Source of the DNA: a virus
Direction: 5' to 3' (one strand)
IMG/VR virus record: IMGVR_UViG_3300027763_000037
Location: 32,001 to 96,000 of that record
DNA length: 64,000 nt
Position 1 is the stretch's first letter. Each line of letters opens with the position of its first letter. The notes under the pieces are model-generated. The model worked only from the letters and a program-made list of their open reading frames with translations, searched no databases and was not told where the DNA came from. Positions 57,082-64,000 of the stretch are shown here, piece by piece. The translations under genes and the position numbers were made by a program.

Positions 57082-57528
57082 TTATGCCTTAAGTCCCATA
57101 CGAGCATATCGTACAGTGACTGGCTTGATCGCAGGATCTGGAGTGACTGTTAAGGCCACGGTATTTCCAGTGCGAGAGACATTAATGGTGCCAATATTCC
57201 CATCATTGTCGATTGTTCCATACTCGCTGACTGATACATTTGCACCGTCAACAAGAATACTTAGTTCAGTTGCGTAGAACTTATTGTCCCCTGCGGAGGT
57301 CTTTGATATTGAAACAATATACTTAACCAAACGCCAAACTGTTGCATCAAAGTTATCAATAACAGTTACGTTCTCAATTCCATTGACTGTGTTTTCATTG
57401 TTACCCGCTGATCCCAAATCTGTTGACTGAGAAACAAGGGTATCGATTAAATCTACGTAATTTTCTTGAGTAGGTCTATCACCTGTTTGAAATAGACTCT
57501 TTACTCCTGGGACTGATATCTTTGCCAT
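57082..57528 (-). CDS. Virion structural protein
   Basis: FQTGDRPTQENYVDLID N-terminus; C-terminal domain resembles that of 55270-57063 (KYIV...EYG). Confidence 0.65.
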   Translation of the reverse strand: MAKISVPGVKSLFQTGDRPTQENYVDLIDTLVSQSTDLGSAGNNENTVNGIENVTVIDNFDATVWRLVKYIVSISKTSAGDNKFYATELSILVDGANVSVSEYGTIDNDGNIGTINVSRTGNTVALTVTPDPAIKPVTVRYARMGLKA

Positions 57529-57534
57529 AGTGAG

Positions 57535-57543
57535 ATTATAGCA
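57535..57543 (-). promoter_or_regulatory. Extended -10, leaderless
   Basis: TGCTATAAT 6 nt before ATG 57528. Confidence 0.7.
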
Positions 57544-57549
57544 TGTATT

Positions 57550-57774
57550 TTAAAGTATATAGTTATTCAAACCAATTACAGCAATGCCAATTGGTGCTGG
57601 AGATGATGCGGAATAGCCTGGAATCTGAATGTTTGTTATACGTATTCTAAATGGTAATACTTCGTTAATCTTAACTATAGGGGAAGGCTTTGAAATCTTT
57701 ATAGCCCCGTAAGTTACAGCATTAATTGCTGAAACTTTTCTCTTAGTATTATTATTGATTATTGAAGTAGCCAT
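57550..57774 (-). CDS. Small structural/hypothetical protein
   Basis: ORF coupled to upstream gene; PIGIAVIG..NYIL terminus. Confidence 0.55.
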   Translation of the reverse strand: MATSIINNNTKRKVSAINAVTYGAIKISKPSPIVKINEVLPFRIRITNIQIPGYSASSPAPIGIAVIGLNNYIL

Positions 57775-58181
57775 TAATCAGTTACATCTTCAATAACAAT
57801 TACGCTACCCTGGCAAACTGTCCAAACAGTCTCATTCCCTGGGGCAGACAACTGAATATCAAATATGTCTCCAGTCTGCAATGTTAAAGATTGTGTTGCT
57901 GATAAAAATACTGTAAATTCTCCTGGAAGGTCGTCTGGATCTGCAGCGGGACTTAGAGTCATAACAACCGAAGCATCGTCACTAATAAGTGCTGGAGTGG
58001 TATTGGGTCTTTTAATTTTCATAGCAATTGCCCAGTCTGGAACATTTAAAGGTGCTTCCAAATCATCCGTTACATAAACTTTAAATGAGGCAGTGTCCCC
58101 ACGGACAAATGTCCAAGTAACCTGTGGTGGCTTTGAGCCAACATCGTACTGAGATTTTTGAGAATTTCTGCTTGTTGCCAT
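57774..58181 (-). CDS. BppU N-terminal-like adaptor protein
   Basis: RGDT...FDIQL....TVCQG.V.V.EDVT pattern. Confidence 0.6.
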   Translation of the reverse strand: MATSRNSQKSQYDVGSKPPQVTWTFVRGDTASFKVYVTDDLEAPLNVPDWAIAMKIKRPNTTPALISDDASVVMTLSPAADPDDLPGEFTVFLSATQSLTLQTGDIFDIQLSAPGNETVWTVCQGSVIVIEDVTD

Positions 58182-58187
58182 TTTTAA

Positions 58188-58196
58188 ATTATACCA
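58188..58196 (-). promoter_or_regulatory. Extended -10, leaderless
   Basis: TGGTATAAT 6 nt before ATG 58181. Confidence 0.7.
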
Positions 58197-58208
58197 CGAA
58201 TCTTTAGT

Positions 58209-59159
58209 TTATACCCAGTCTTTTGGAAACTCTGTGAAGTCATCATAGCCTATAAATCTAAAAGCATCTGACTTTTTAGAACAAAACATCTCTCTTTGAA
58301 TATAGGCAGTAAAAGTGCTTCTAGGGGTTCCAATAAAATCCTTTGACTGACACATTACTAATAATCCAATCAGACCAAAAACAATTTCTGACTGACTAGG
58401 TAAAGCCAAAAACTCATTTGAAAAATTATCTACAATGTAGTCATCTAAAAATACAATATCTTTATTTTTAAATATTTCATTGTTTACATCATCTGTTAAT
58501 ACTACAGTTTTTAAATCATTATTTTTAAGCGCTTTATCAAAATCTTTCTCTGAAAAACTAAATGTTCTTTCTGCATGATCTGTAAGCCTTACGTGCATGC
58601 CACGAAATTCTCCAAGACTCTTAGCAACCTTGTTTGCTAAATCAACATACTCCTCTTTAAAAGTCACCTTTATCTTATTTAAAAATTCATCATCTTGATT
58701 GGCAAAAAAAGTTTCACGGTTGGCCAGGTTTGGACCAGACATATTATACGACTTGCCTTCTTCAAAAATTAATTCTTTTTTATTAAAATGCTCAGCCCCT
58801 ACTTGAATTTCTTTATTAACATTTGCATAATCTAAAAATAAGTTATCAGATATTTTAATTTCATCTTTAGAAAACTGATCTATTTTTCCAAAAGCAATAT
58901 ACTCCCAAACCAAAGATTTATCAAAATCTATTAACTCAAAAAAGTTTACCATTTCTCTTTTAACAATTGAATCTCTTTTTCCAAAAACAACATTATCACT
59001 AATTGGAAAACTATCAAGCCAATTTTGTTGCTTATCAAGTAAATTATAGATAACAAGTTTTTTCTTTGTTATACAAGAAAGACCAAGTCCTACTTCTAAA
59101 CTAAACAGTCTGTTTGTTAGTCCTGCATGGTGCAATCTGTAAAATAAAAAGTTATCCAT
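58209..59159 (-). CDS. GDP-sugar-dependent O-fucosyltransferase-like glycosyltransferase (GT-B)
   Basis: AGLTNR, GMHVRLTD, VLTDD, C..SKDFIGTPRSTFT motifs of the POFUT/FucT superfamily. Confidence 0.8.
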   Translation of the reverse strand: MDNFLFYRLHHAGLTNRLFSLEVGLGLSCITKKKLVIYNLLDKQQNWLDSFPISDNVVFGKRDSIVKREMVNFFELIDFDKSLVWEYIAFGKIDQFSKDEIKISDNLFLDYANVNKEIQVGAEHFNKKELIFEEGKSYNMSGPNLANRETFFANQDDEFLNKIKVTFKEEYVDLANKVAKSLGEFRGMHVRLTDHAERTFSFSEKDFDKALKNNDLKTVVLTDDVNNEIFKNKDIVFLDDYIVDNFSNEFLALPSQSEIVFGLIGLLVMCQSKDFIGTPRSTFTAYIQREMFCSKKSDAFRFIGYDDFTEFPKDWV

Positions 59160-60177
59160 TTTGTTTTTTTATCCATTCATATGTTTGTTTGATTCCATCT
59201 TTAAGAGACATTGAGTAATCCCAATCTAACTTTTCTCTAACTAAATCATTGTTAGAGTTTCTTCCTCTAACTCCAAGTGGGCCAGGAATATGCATTTTAC
59301 TAAGAGTTTTACCTTCAATGCTACAAGCAATATCTACCAGTTGATTTATAGTAACCATTTCTTCAGAACCTATATTGACAGGACCAGTAAAATCTGACTC
59401 CATAAGTCTTCTTGTTGCTTCTATACATTCATCTATGTATAGGAATGATCGAGTTTGTTCTCCATCCCCCCAAATTTCTATAAATCCATCTGCTTGTATA
59501 ACTTTTCGACACATTGCTGCAGGAGCCTTTTCTTTTCCACCATCCCAAGTTCCTTCTGGTCCATAAATATTATGATATCTTGCAATGGCTACTGGGATTT
59601 TATTATTTCTATTAAAGGCTAAAAACATTCTTTCGCTAAACAATTTTTCCCAGCCATACTCACTGTCAGGATCTGCAGGGTATGCATCAGACTCCTTAAG
59701 TCCAGGATTATTAACATCTAACTGCTTATAGTCAGGATACATACATGCAGAACTTGAATAAAATATTTTAGTTTTATTTATATTATATTTTTCATTAAGC
59801 CTGGACTGTGCTCTTAACAAATTAAGGTTTATCAGAGCAGAGTTTTCCATAATCTGAGAATCATTTAAACCAGTAAATATATATCCAGCCCCACCCATAT
59901 CGGCAGCAAATTGATATACCTCATCAAAAGAAGTTATAGAGCGATAAGGAACTTCGTGATAAAAGTTTCCTTGATATCCTTTAAACTGAATAACTTTTTC
60001 AACATTTTCATATACGGATAAATCTCTTTCAATAAACTCGTCTGCTTCTGTTTCTGAAAAGTCTGGATGTTTTAAATCAACACCACGAACCCAGTATCCT
60101 TCTGATTTTAATCTTTTAACCATGTGGCTTCCAATGAAGCCTCCTGCACCAAAAACAAGTGCTGTTTTTTGTGTCAT
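59152..60177 (-). CDS. GDP-mannose 3,5-epimerase-like NAD-dependent epimerase
   Basis: GAGGFIG, AADMGG, SSACMYP, YGWEK, GGKEKAPAAMCRK, WGDGEQTRSF, GVRGRNSNN; start MTQKT via TAATG overlap. Confidence 0.9.
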   Translation of the reverse strand: MTQKTALVFGAGGFIGSHMVKRLKSEGYWVRGVDLKHPDFSETEADEFIERDLSVYENVEKVIQFKGYQGNFYHEVPYRSITSFDEVYQFAADMGGAGYIFTGLNDSQIMENSALINLNLLRAQSRLNEKYNINKTKIFYSSSACMYPDYKQLDVNNPGLKESDAYPADPDSEYGWEKLFSERMFLAFNRNNKIPVAIARYHNIYGPEGTWDGGKEKAPAAMCRKVIQADGFIEIWGDGEQTRSFLYIDECIEATRRLMESDFTGPVNIGSEEMVTINQLVDIACSIEGKTLSKMHIPGPLGVRGRNSNNDLVREKLDWDYSMSLKDGIKQTYEWIKKQNG

Positions 60178-60719
60178 TATGCTAAACCGTTTTTCAGTGC
60201 TCCCCAAGTGCCATTTCCTTTTGCTTGAACAATAACTATTCCAGGATTTCCTTGGTGTGCAACAATACCTACTGCAACTCCAGAGTTTGCTGGTTTTGCT
60301 CCTGATGAGTCATTGGCCCCAGCAACTAATCCACCAGTTTGTCCAACGTAGAGAATAGACCCACTTGCAAATGTTGAAGTATTTAAACCTTCAAGAACTC
60401 CACCAACTACAACAACCCCGTTTGAATTATTTGCTATTGTTGTTTTTGATAAACCTAATAATGTTTGTGATGATGTTCCAGTTAGTCTTGTTATTAATGT
60501 TCTTTCTGATCCAGAACTATAGCCAGAAGCATATACTGGATCCCCCGCTAAAATAGAAGATCCAGTTTCATTTCTTACACTAATTTGAAAATATGAAAGT
60601 CCTAATGGAGGAAGAATCTCTTCTAATTTAGTTACTAAATCTTCAATATCTCCGTGTACATTAACGTTATCGCTTGCTAAAGGATAAGGTAAGCCGAGAC
60701 CGTTTAATTTTGTTGCCAT
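60177..60719 (-). CDS. Putative virion decoration/fibre protein
   Basis: LPYPLASD.VNVHGD N-terminus, Gly-rich beta domain; TGGTATAAT just upstream. Confidence 0.5.
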   Translation of the reverse strand: MATKLNGLGLPYPLASDNVNVHGDIEDLVTKLEEILPPLGLSYFQISVRNETGSSILAGDPVYASGYSSGSERTLITRLTGTSSQTLLGLSKTTIANNSNGVVVVGGVLEGLNTSTFASGSILYVGQTGGLVAGANDSSGAKPANSGVAVGIVAHQGNPGIVIVQAKGNGTWGALKNGLA

Positions 60720-60747
60720 AGTACTTTTATTATACCATTGTTCAGAG

Positions 60748-60777
60748 TTGACTTTTAGAGAAATATCATGATATACT
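60748..60777 (+). promoter_or_regulatory. Sigma70/SigA-type promoter of the only plus-strand gene
   Basis: TTGACT-N18-TATACT with extended TG; back-to-back with a minus-strand -10 at 60729. Confidence 0.8.
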
Positions 60778-60824
60778 AGGTAGTAACACCTACCAAGGTG
60801 TTATTGTTTTCTAAGGAGGAAACT

Positions 60825-61388
60825 ATGATTAAATTTATCGAAAGAAACAAAGAGATCATTAGCACACTCAGTATCGTAGTACTAGTAACGGTTTTGTCAA
60901 ACTCTGCTAATGCTATTTCAGATCTTGATACAAAGAACAATCTTAGCCTGGAACAGGCTCAGACATCGGAAACCGCCTCGAAAGAGGTTTTTTTGGTTTC
61001 TAAGGCAAAAAAACTAGAGAGTTTTGAGAATAAGACATCTCTGACCGATATTGAACTAAAGGAACTTCTTTCTCTAGTAGGATTTAAGGGTAAAGACCTT
61101 GTGGTTGCTTGGGCGGTTGCTAAAAAAGAATCTAATGGACGACCATTGGCTTTTAATGGCAATCATAAGACTGGAGACTCATCTTATGGCATGTTTCAAA
61201 TTAATATGATCGATTCCCTTGGTCCTGACCGTAGAGACAAGTTTGATCTTGATTCAAATGCAGAACTATTTAATCCCGTCAAGAATGCAGAGATTGCATA
61301 CTACATGACAAATGGTGGAGACGACTGGTCTTCTTGGAAAGGCATTACGCCAAAGACCAGAATGTGGATGAAGAAATTTCCTAAGTAG
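60825..61388 (+). CDS. Secreted lytic transglycosylase (lysozyme-like/SLT)
   Basis: Signal peptide ending SANA; AVAKKES catalytic Glu, GMFQIN, LFNPVKNA, W..W; AAGGAGG RBS. Confidence 0.85.
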   Translation: MIKFIERNKEIISTLSIVVLVTVLSNSANAISDLDTKNNLSLEQAQTSETASKEVFLVSKAKKLESFENKTSLTDIELKELLSLVGFKGKDLVVAWAVAKKESNGRPLAFNGNHKTGDSSYGMFQINMIDSLGPDRRDKFDLDSNAELFNPVKNAEIAYYMTNGGDDWSSWKGITPKTRMWMKKFPK

Positions 61389-61623
61389 GCCATTTGTTTG
61401 CTGGGCAGGTTGCATGCAAAAGTTTTGATTTAGCAGCCATAAAACATCCACACAACTTGCATTGCTTGGTTGGCAAAAGGTTTGGACAAGACTTGCATAT
61501 CTCATATCTTTGGTCTGCAACATTTTTATGAGCATATTCCGTATTTGGTTTAATAAAATCCCACGGTCTTGTTTCTCCTAAGTTTTGTTTATATTTTTCC
61601 CAGGCTGAAAGTTCTTCACTCAT
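61381..61623 (-). CDS. DUF6171-like Cys-rich protein
   Basis: R..ICxxC...QCxxCGCF...K......CP..KW. Confidence 0.75.
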   Translation of the reverse strand: MSEELSAWEKYKQNLGETRPWDFIKPNTEYAHKNVADQRYEICKSCPNLLPTKQCKLCGCFMAAKSKLLHATCPANKWPT

Positions 61624-61855
61624 TTACCCATTCCGTTCTATATTCATTTAGTATAGACTCTGCAATAATATCATTAATAATAACAGAATATGAATTTCCT
61701 TCAAAAAAATATTTTAGTATATGTGTTGCTTCTTTTTTTATATTTGGTTCAATTGTATATGTTGTATTTTCTCTATTTTTAAAAAAAGAAACTAAAACAT
61801 TTTCTCCAGGTAGAGAAAGAATTAAATTTTCTTTTTTATAAATATTTATTGTCAT
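61616..61855 (-). CDS. Hypothetical protein
   Basis: AT-rich ORF overlapping the next gene's start. Confidence 0.5.
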   Translation of the reverse strand: MTINIYKKENLILSLPGENVLVSFFKNRENTTYTIEPNIKKEATHILKYFFEGNSYSVIINDIIAESILNEYRTEWVNE

Positions 61856-61885
61856 AGTACCAATTCTATCATATTACCGCAATCT

Positions 61886-63616
61886 TCAAGCCATACCTGG
61901 ACAACACTCATTATTGTCAGGATTAAATGCACCTGGGCATTGCTCTTCATTTGAAGCATAGTAACATCCTGGGCCATAACCTGATGGGGCAGGAGTAAAC
62001 GAGAATGCTGGTGTAAATGTAAATGTAGCAGTAGGAGTAAATGTAAACACACCAAATGGTGAGAATCCAAATACATAGAAAGGTGTAAATGTAAATACTG
62101 AAAATGCTGGGACGGGTGTAAATGTAAATACTGTAAATGCATCAATTAAATCTCCACAGCATTGCATTCCAACTCCTATTTGATAGTCATTAGGCCCTCC
62201 AAGATATTCTCTTCCTAATTCTGCACAAGTATAATTACTTGCCCTAGTGGTCATTCCAGGACATTGAGGTTTGGCTACTGGAGTAAATGTAAACACACTA
62301 AATGGTACAAATGAAAAAACTCCAAATGGTGTAAAAGTAAATGCTGGAGTACAGGCTTCATTTTCTTCCCAAGGTCCAGACCTTCCTGCTATATAAAATG
62401 CTTGACTATAACTTGAAGTAGTGCAGTCTGCATTAGTAGTGGTTACTGTTCTTGTTGTAGCATATCTTCTTCTTGAGTCTACGTTACAGTTTCCCCAATC
62501 GCCCCAATCATAGGTATAGGTAGTAGAAGAATTGCAGGTCACTAAACAATCTCTTTGCTCTCTCCAAGGACCTGAATTTCCTACTGTATAAAAATATTGA
62601 GTTCCAGTGCTGACAGAACAGTCTGCATTAACTGTAGAATAATCTCTATATGTTGCCCATCTAGACTGTGTTCCATTAGAGCATGTCTCCCATTCTCCCC
62701 AACCGTAAGTATATGTTGTTGCTACTGTACATCCTGCAGCAACGTAATTCCACATAGTTAAATTTACACTTGTTCCTGAAGCAACTGCAGTTCCTGATGA
62801 TGGTGATTGGCTTTGTACTTTGCCACTATTAGCAGCAGTGCTTGTAGTTGTTCCTGTTGCAAAACTTCCAGTAACTAATCCTGCTGCTGTGATTGCACTT
62901 TGTGCTGCTGCAGATGTCATTCCTACAACATTTGGAACTGTTTTATCCAATATTGGTGGTGTGTCTGCATTTGTTTTTACCGTTCCTTGACCCAAAACAG
63001 ATTGACCAGTTCTTCCTGGTCCAGGGTATACAAAAAGAGTTATATCATGGACATTATCTGGCGTAAGGCCAGTTGCAGTAACAGTTGTTGCGGTGGTGCC
63101 TTCTACAGAAAAGCCTGGTTCATCATCTGAGAATCTTGGAACTACCATCAAGAAAAAAGAACCTTGTCCTGTTGACGTCCAACTAATTGTTGCTGTAGTT
63201 GTTCCAGTTGCAGTTCCTGATACGGTGCCAACTGTTGTACCTACTGGGGCAGGAGTAAATGTAAAAACAGTAAATGGAGTAAAAGAAAACACTGAAAATG
63301 GTACAAATGAAAACGTAACTGGTGTAAATGTAAATGGTGTAACTGGTGTAAATGTAAATACACTAAACGGAGTAAAAGAAAATATTCTATATGTAAAATC
63401 TATTGGGCTTTCATAATCAATTAAAACTCCTGGAGTTTTTGCTTGAGTTGCTACAGTATTTGTTTTTGTATTATCTTCTTGTGTTATTGTAGATGCAACA
63501 CCTACAGTCAAACCGTTGGTTTGAATTAGTGCTTCTGCTGCTTCTTTTGATATCTCAAGAATGTTTGGTACTGATACCATTCCTTTTGAAGCAGACCATT
63601 TGCTAATCCAACCCAT
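61886..63616 (-). CDS. Mosaic adhesin-like protein: PASTA, FN3, PASTA, 2 thrombospondin-like repeats, Cys modules, FxFTP repeats
   Basis: VPNVVGM..AA...I.AAGL...V.SQSP..G PASTA; WGEWETC/WGDWGNC repeats; three FxFTP blocks. Confidence 0.8.
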   Translation of the reverse strand: MGWISKWSASKGMVSVPNILEISKEAAEALIQTNGLTVGVASTITQEDNTKTNTVATQAKTPGVLIDYESPIDFTYRIFSFTPFSVFTFTPVTPFTFTPVTFSFVPFSVFSFTPFTVFTFTPAPVGTTVGTVSGTATGTTTATISWTSTGQGSFFLMVVPRFSDDEPGFSVEGTTATTVTATGLTPDNVHDITLFVYPGPGRTGQSVLGQGTVKTNADTPPILDKTVPNVVGMTSAAAQSAITAAGLVTGSFATGTTTSTAANSGKVQSQSPSSGTAVASGTSVNLTMWNYVAAGCTVATTYTYGWGEWETCSNGTQSRWATYRDYSTVNADCSVSTGTQYFYTVGNSGPWREQRDCLVTCNSSTTYTYDWGDWGNCNVDSRRRYATTRTVTTTNADCTTSSYSQAFYIAGRSGPWEENEACTPAFTFTPFGVFSFVPFSVFTFTPVAKPQCPGMTTRASNYTCAELGREYLGGPNDYQIGVGMQCCGDLIDAFTVFTFTPVPAFSVFTFTPFYVFGFSPFGVFTFTPTATFTFTPAFSFTPAPSGYGPGCYYASNEEQCPGAFNPDNNECCPGMA

Positions 63617-63624
63617 AATTAGCC

Positions 63625-64000
63625 CTACGCTGTCAAATCGCCAATAAGAATCCAGGTATCGTTTTCAGTCTTTACTAGCGAACCACCAGAATATCTTGCA
63701 GCAATTTTCTTATTCATATTTTTACTTAAAATAGTAACACCGCTTGCTTCGCTAATTAAGACCCCACCGCTTCCATATCTAACTAAATCTACACGCTGAC
63801 CAACTACAATAGGAACCGATGCATTGGTTGGTACTGTTATAACAACATCGTTATTTGATGTAATTTTTAAGGTTTTTCCAACATCTGCCAAACTTAATGT
63901 TTTGCTTGCAGTTACTGCAGTTAAATAAACAGAGTCAGAATATTCTCTCCAAGATCCATTATAATAATATTGAATCTGATTTATAATGTCTCCATTATCA
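63625..64000 (-). CDS. Fibre/adaptor protein with GDLTA C-terminal domain (partial, open to right edge)
   Basis: Frame has no stop up to the window end; ITVPTNA...ASGVTI...YSGG.L.K...WILIGDLTA as in 52782-54731. Confidence 0.75.
   Translation of the reverse strand, partial: DNGDIINQIQYYYNGSWREYSDSVYLTAVTASKTLSLADVGKTLKITSNNDVVITVPTNASVPIVVGQRVDLVRYGSGGVLISEASGVTILSKNMNKKIAARYSGGSLVKTENDTWILIGDLTA

Noticed and set aside
60779-60803. Pseudoknot or riboswitch before the transglycosylase
   Set aside because: The GGTAG arm lies upstream of the predicted transcription start, and the leader is too short for a known aptamer.
51829-62106. Diversity-generating retroelement TR/VR pair (4 of 5 mismatches are A in one copy; Mtd-like N-terminal domain nearby)
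   Set aside because: No reverse transcriptase in the window, both copies are coding, changes are mostly synonymous, and the Mtd N-terminal domain is only an anchor.
105-63416. Numerous short plus-strand and alternate-frame ORFs (e.g. 28870-29478, 40200-40658, 51605-51844, 54244-54774, 61852-62145)
   Set aside because: Shadows of long minus-strand genes or repeat tracts, with no RBS or recognisable motifs.
1-64000. tRNA genes, integrase, alternative genetic code
   Set aside because: Intergenic gaps are short with no cloverleaf seen; no recombinase motifs; the standard code gives dense full-length ORFs.

Overview
This 64 kb window is part of a large, long-tailed (siphovirus-like) dsDNA phage genome. 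The host is probably an actinobacterium, inferred from leaderless extended -10 promoters, PASTA domains, DnaE and class II RNR. All supported genes but one are on the minus strand. Read from right to left in the direction of transcription, the window holds: a tail-fibre/adhesin and modification island (49.7-64 kb), class II RNR, head genes (portal, protease-scaffold, capsid), neck and tail genes with a 3327-aa tape measure protein, a replication/recombination block (DnaB, DnaG, SSB, DnaE, RecA, two resolvases, Cas4-like nuclease), and the terminase. The best candidate for an undescribed system is a duplicated module: a fibre ending in a 'GDLTA' domain, followed by a protein with uncharged FxVFxFxP repeats. 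One repeat protein ends in a non-canonical Hint domain; the other carries PASTA, FN3 and thrombospondin-like domains. Nearby are 2OG-Fe(II) oxygenases, a GDP-mannose 3,5-epimerase and an O-fucosyltransferase-like enzyme, which suggests phage-encoded hydroxylation and glycosylation of virion proteins. Also notable are a kinase-fold domain inside the tape measure protein, and tail chaperones G and GT apparently encoded by gene duplication rather than frameshifting. All family calls come from motif recognition by eye; no searches were run. I saw no tRNA, CRISPR array, integrase or reverse transcriptase.
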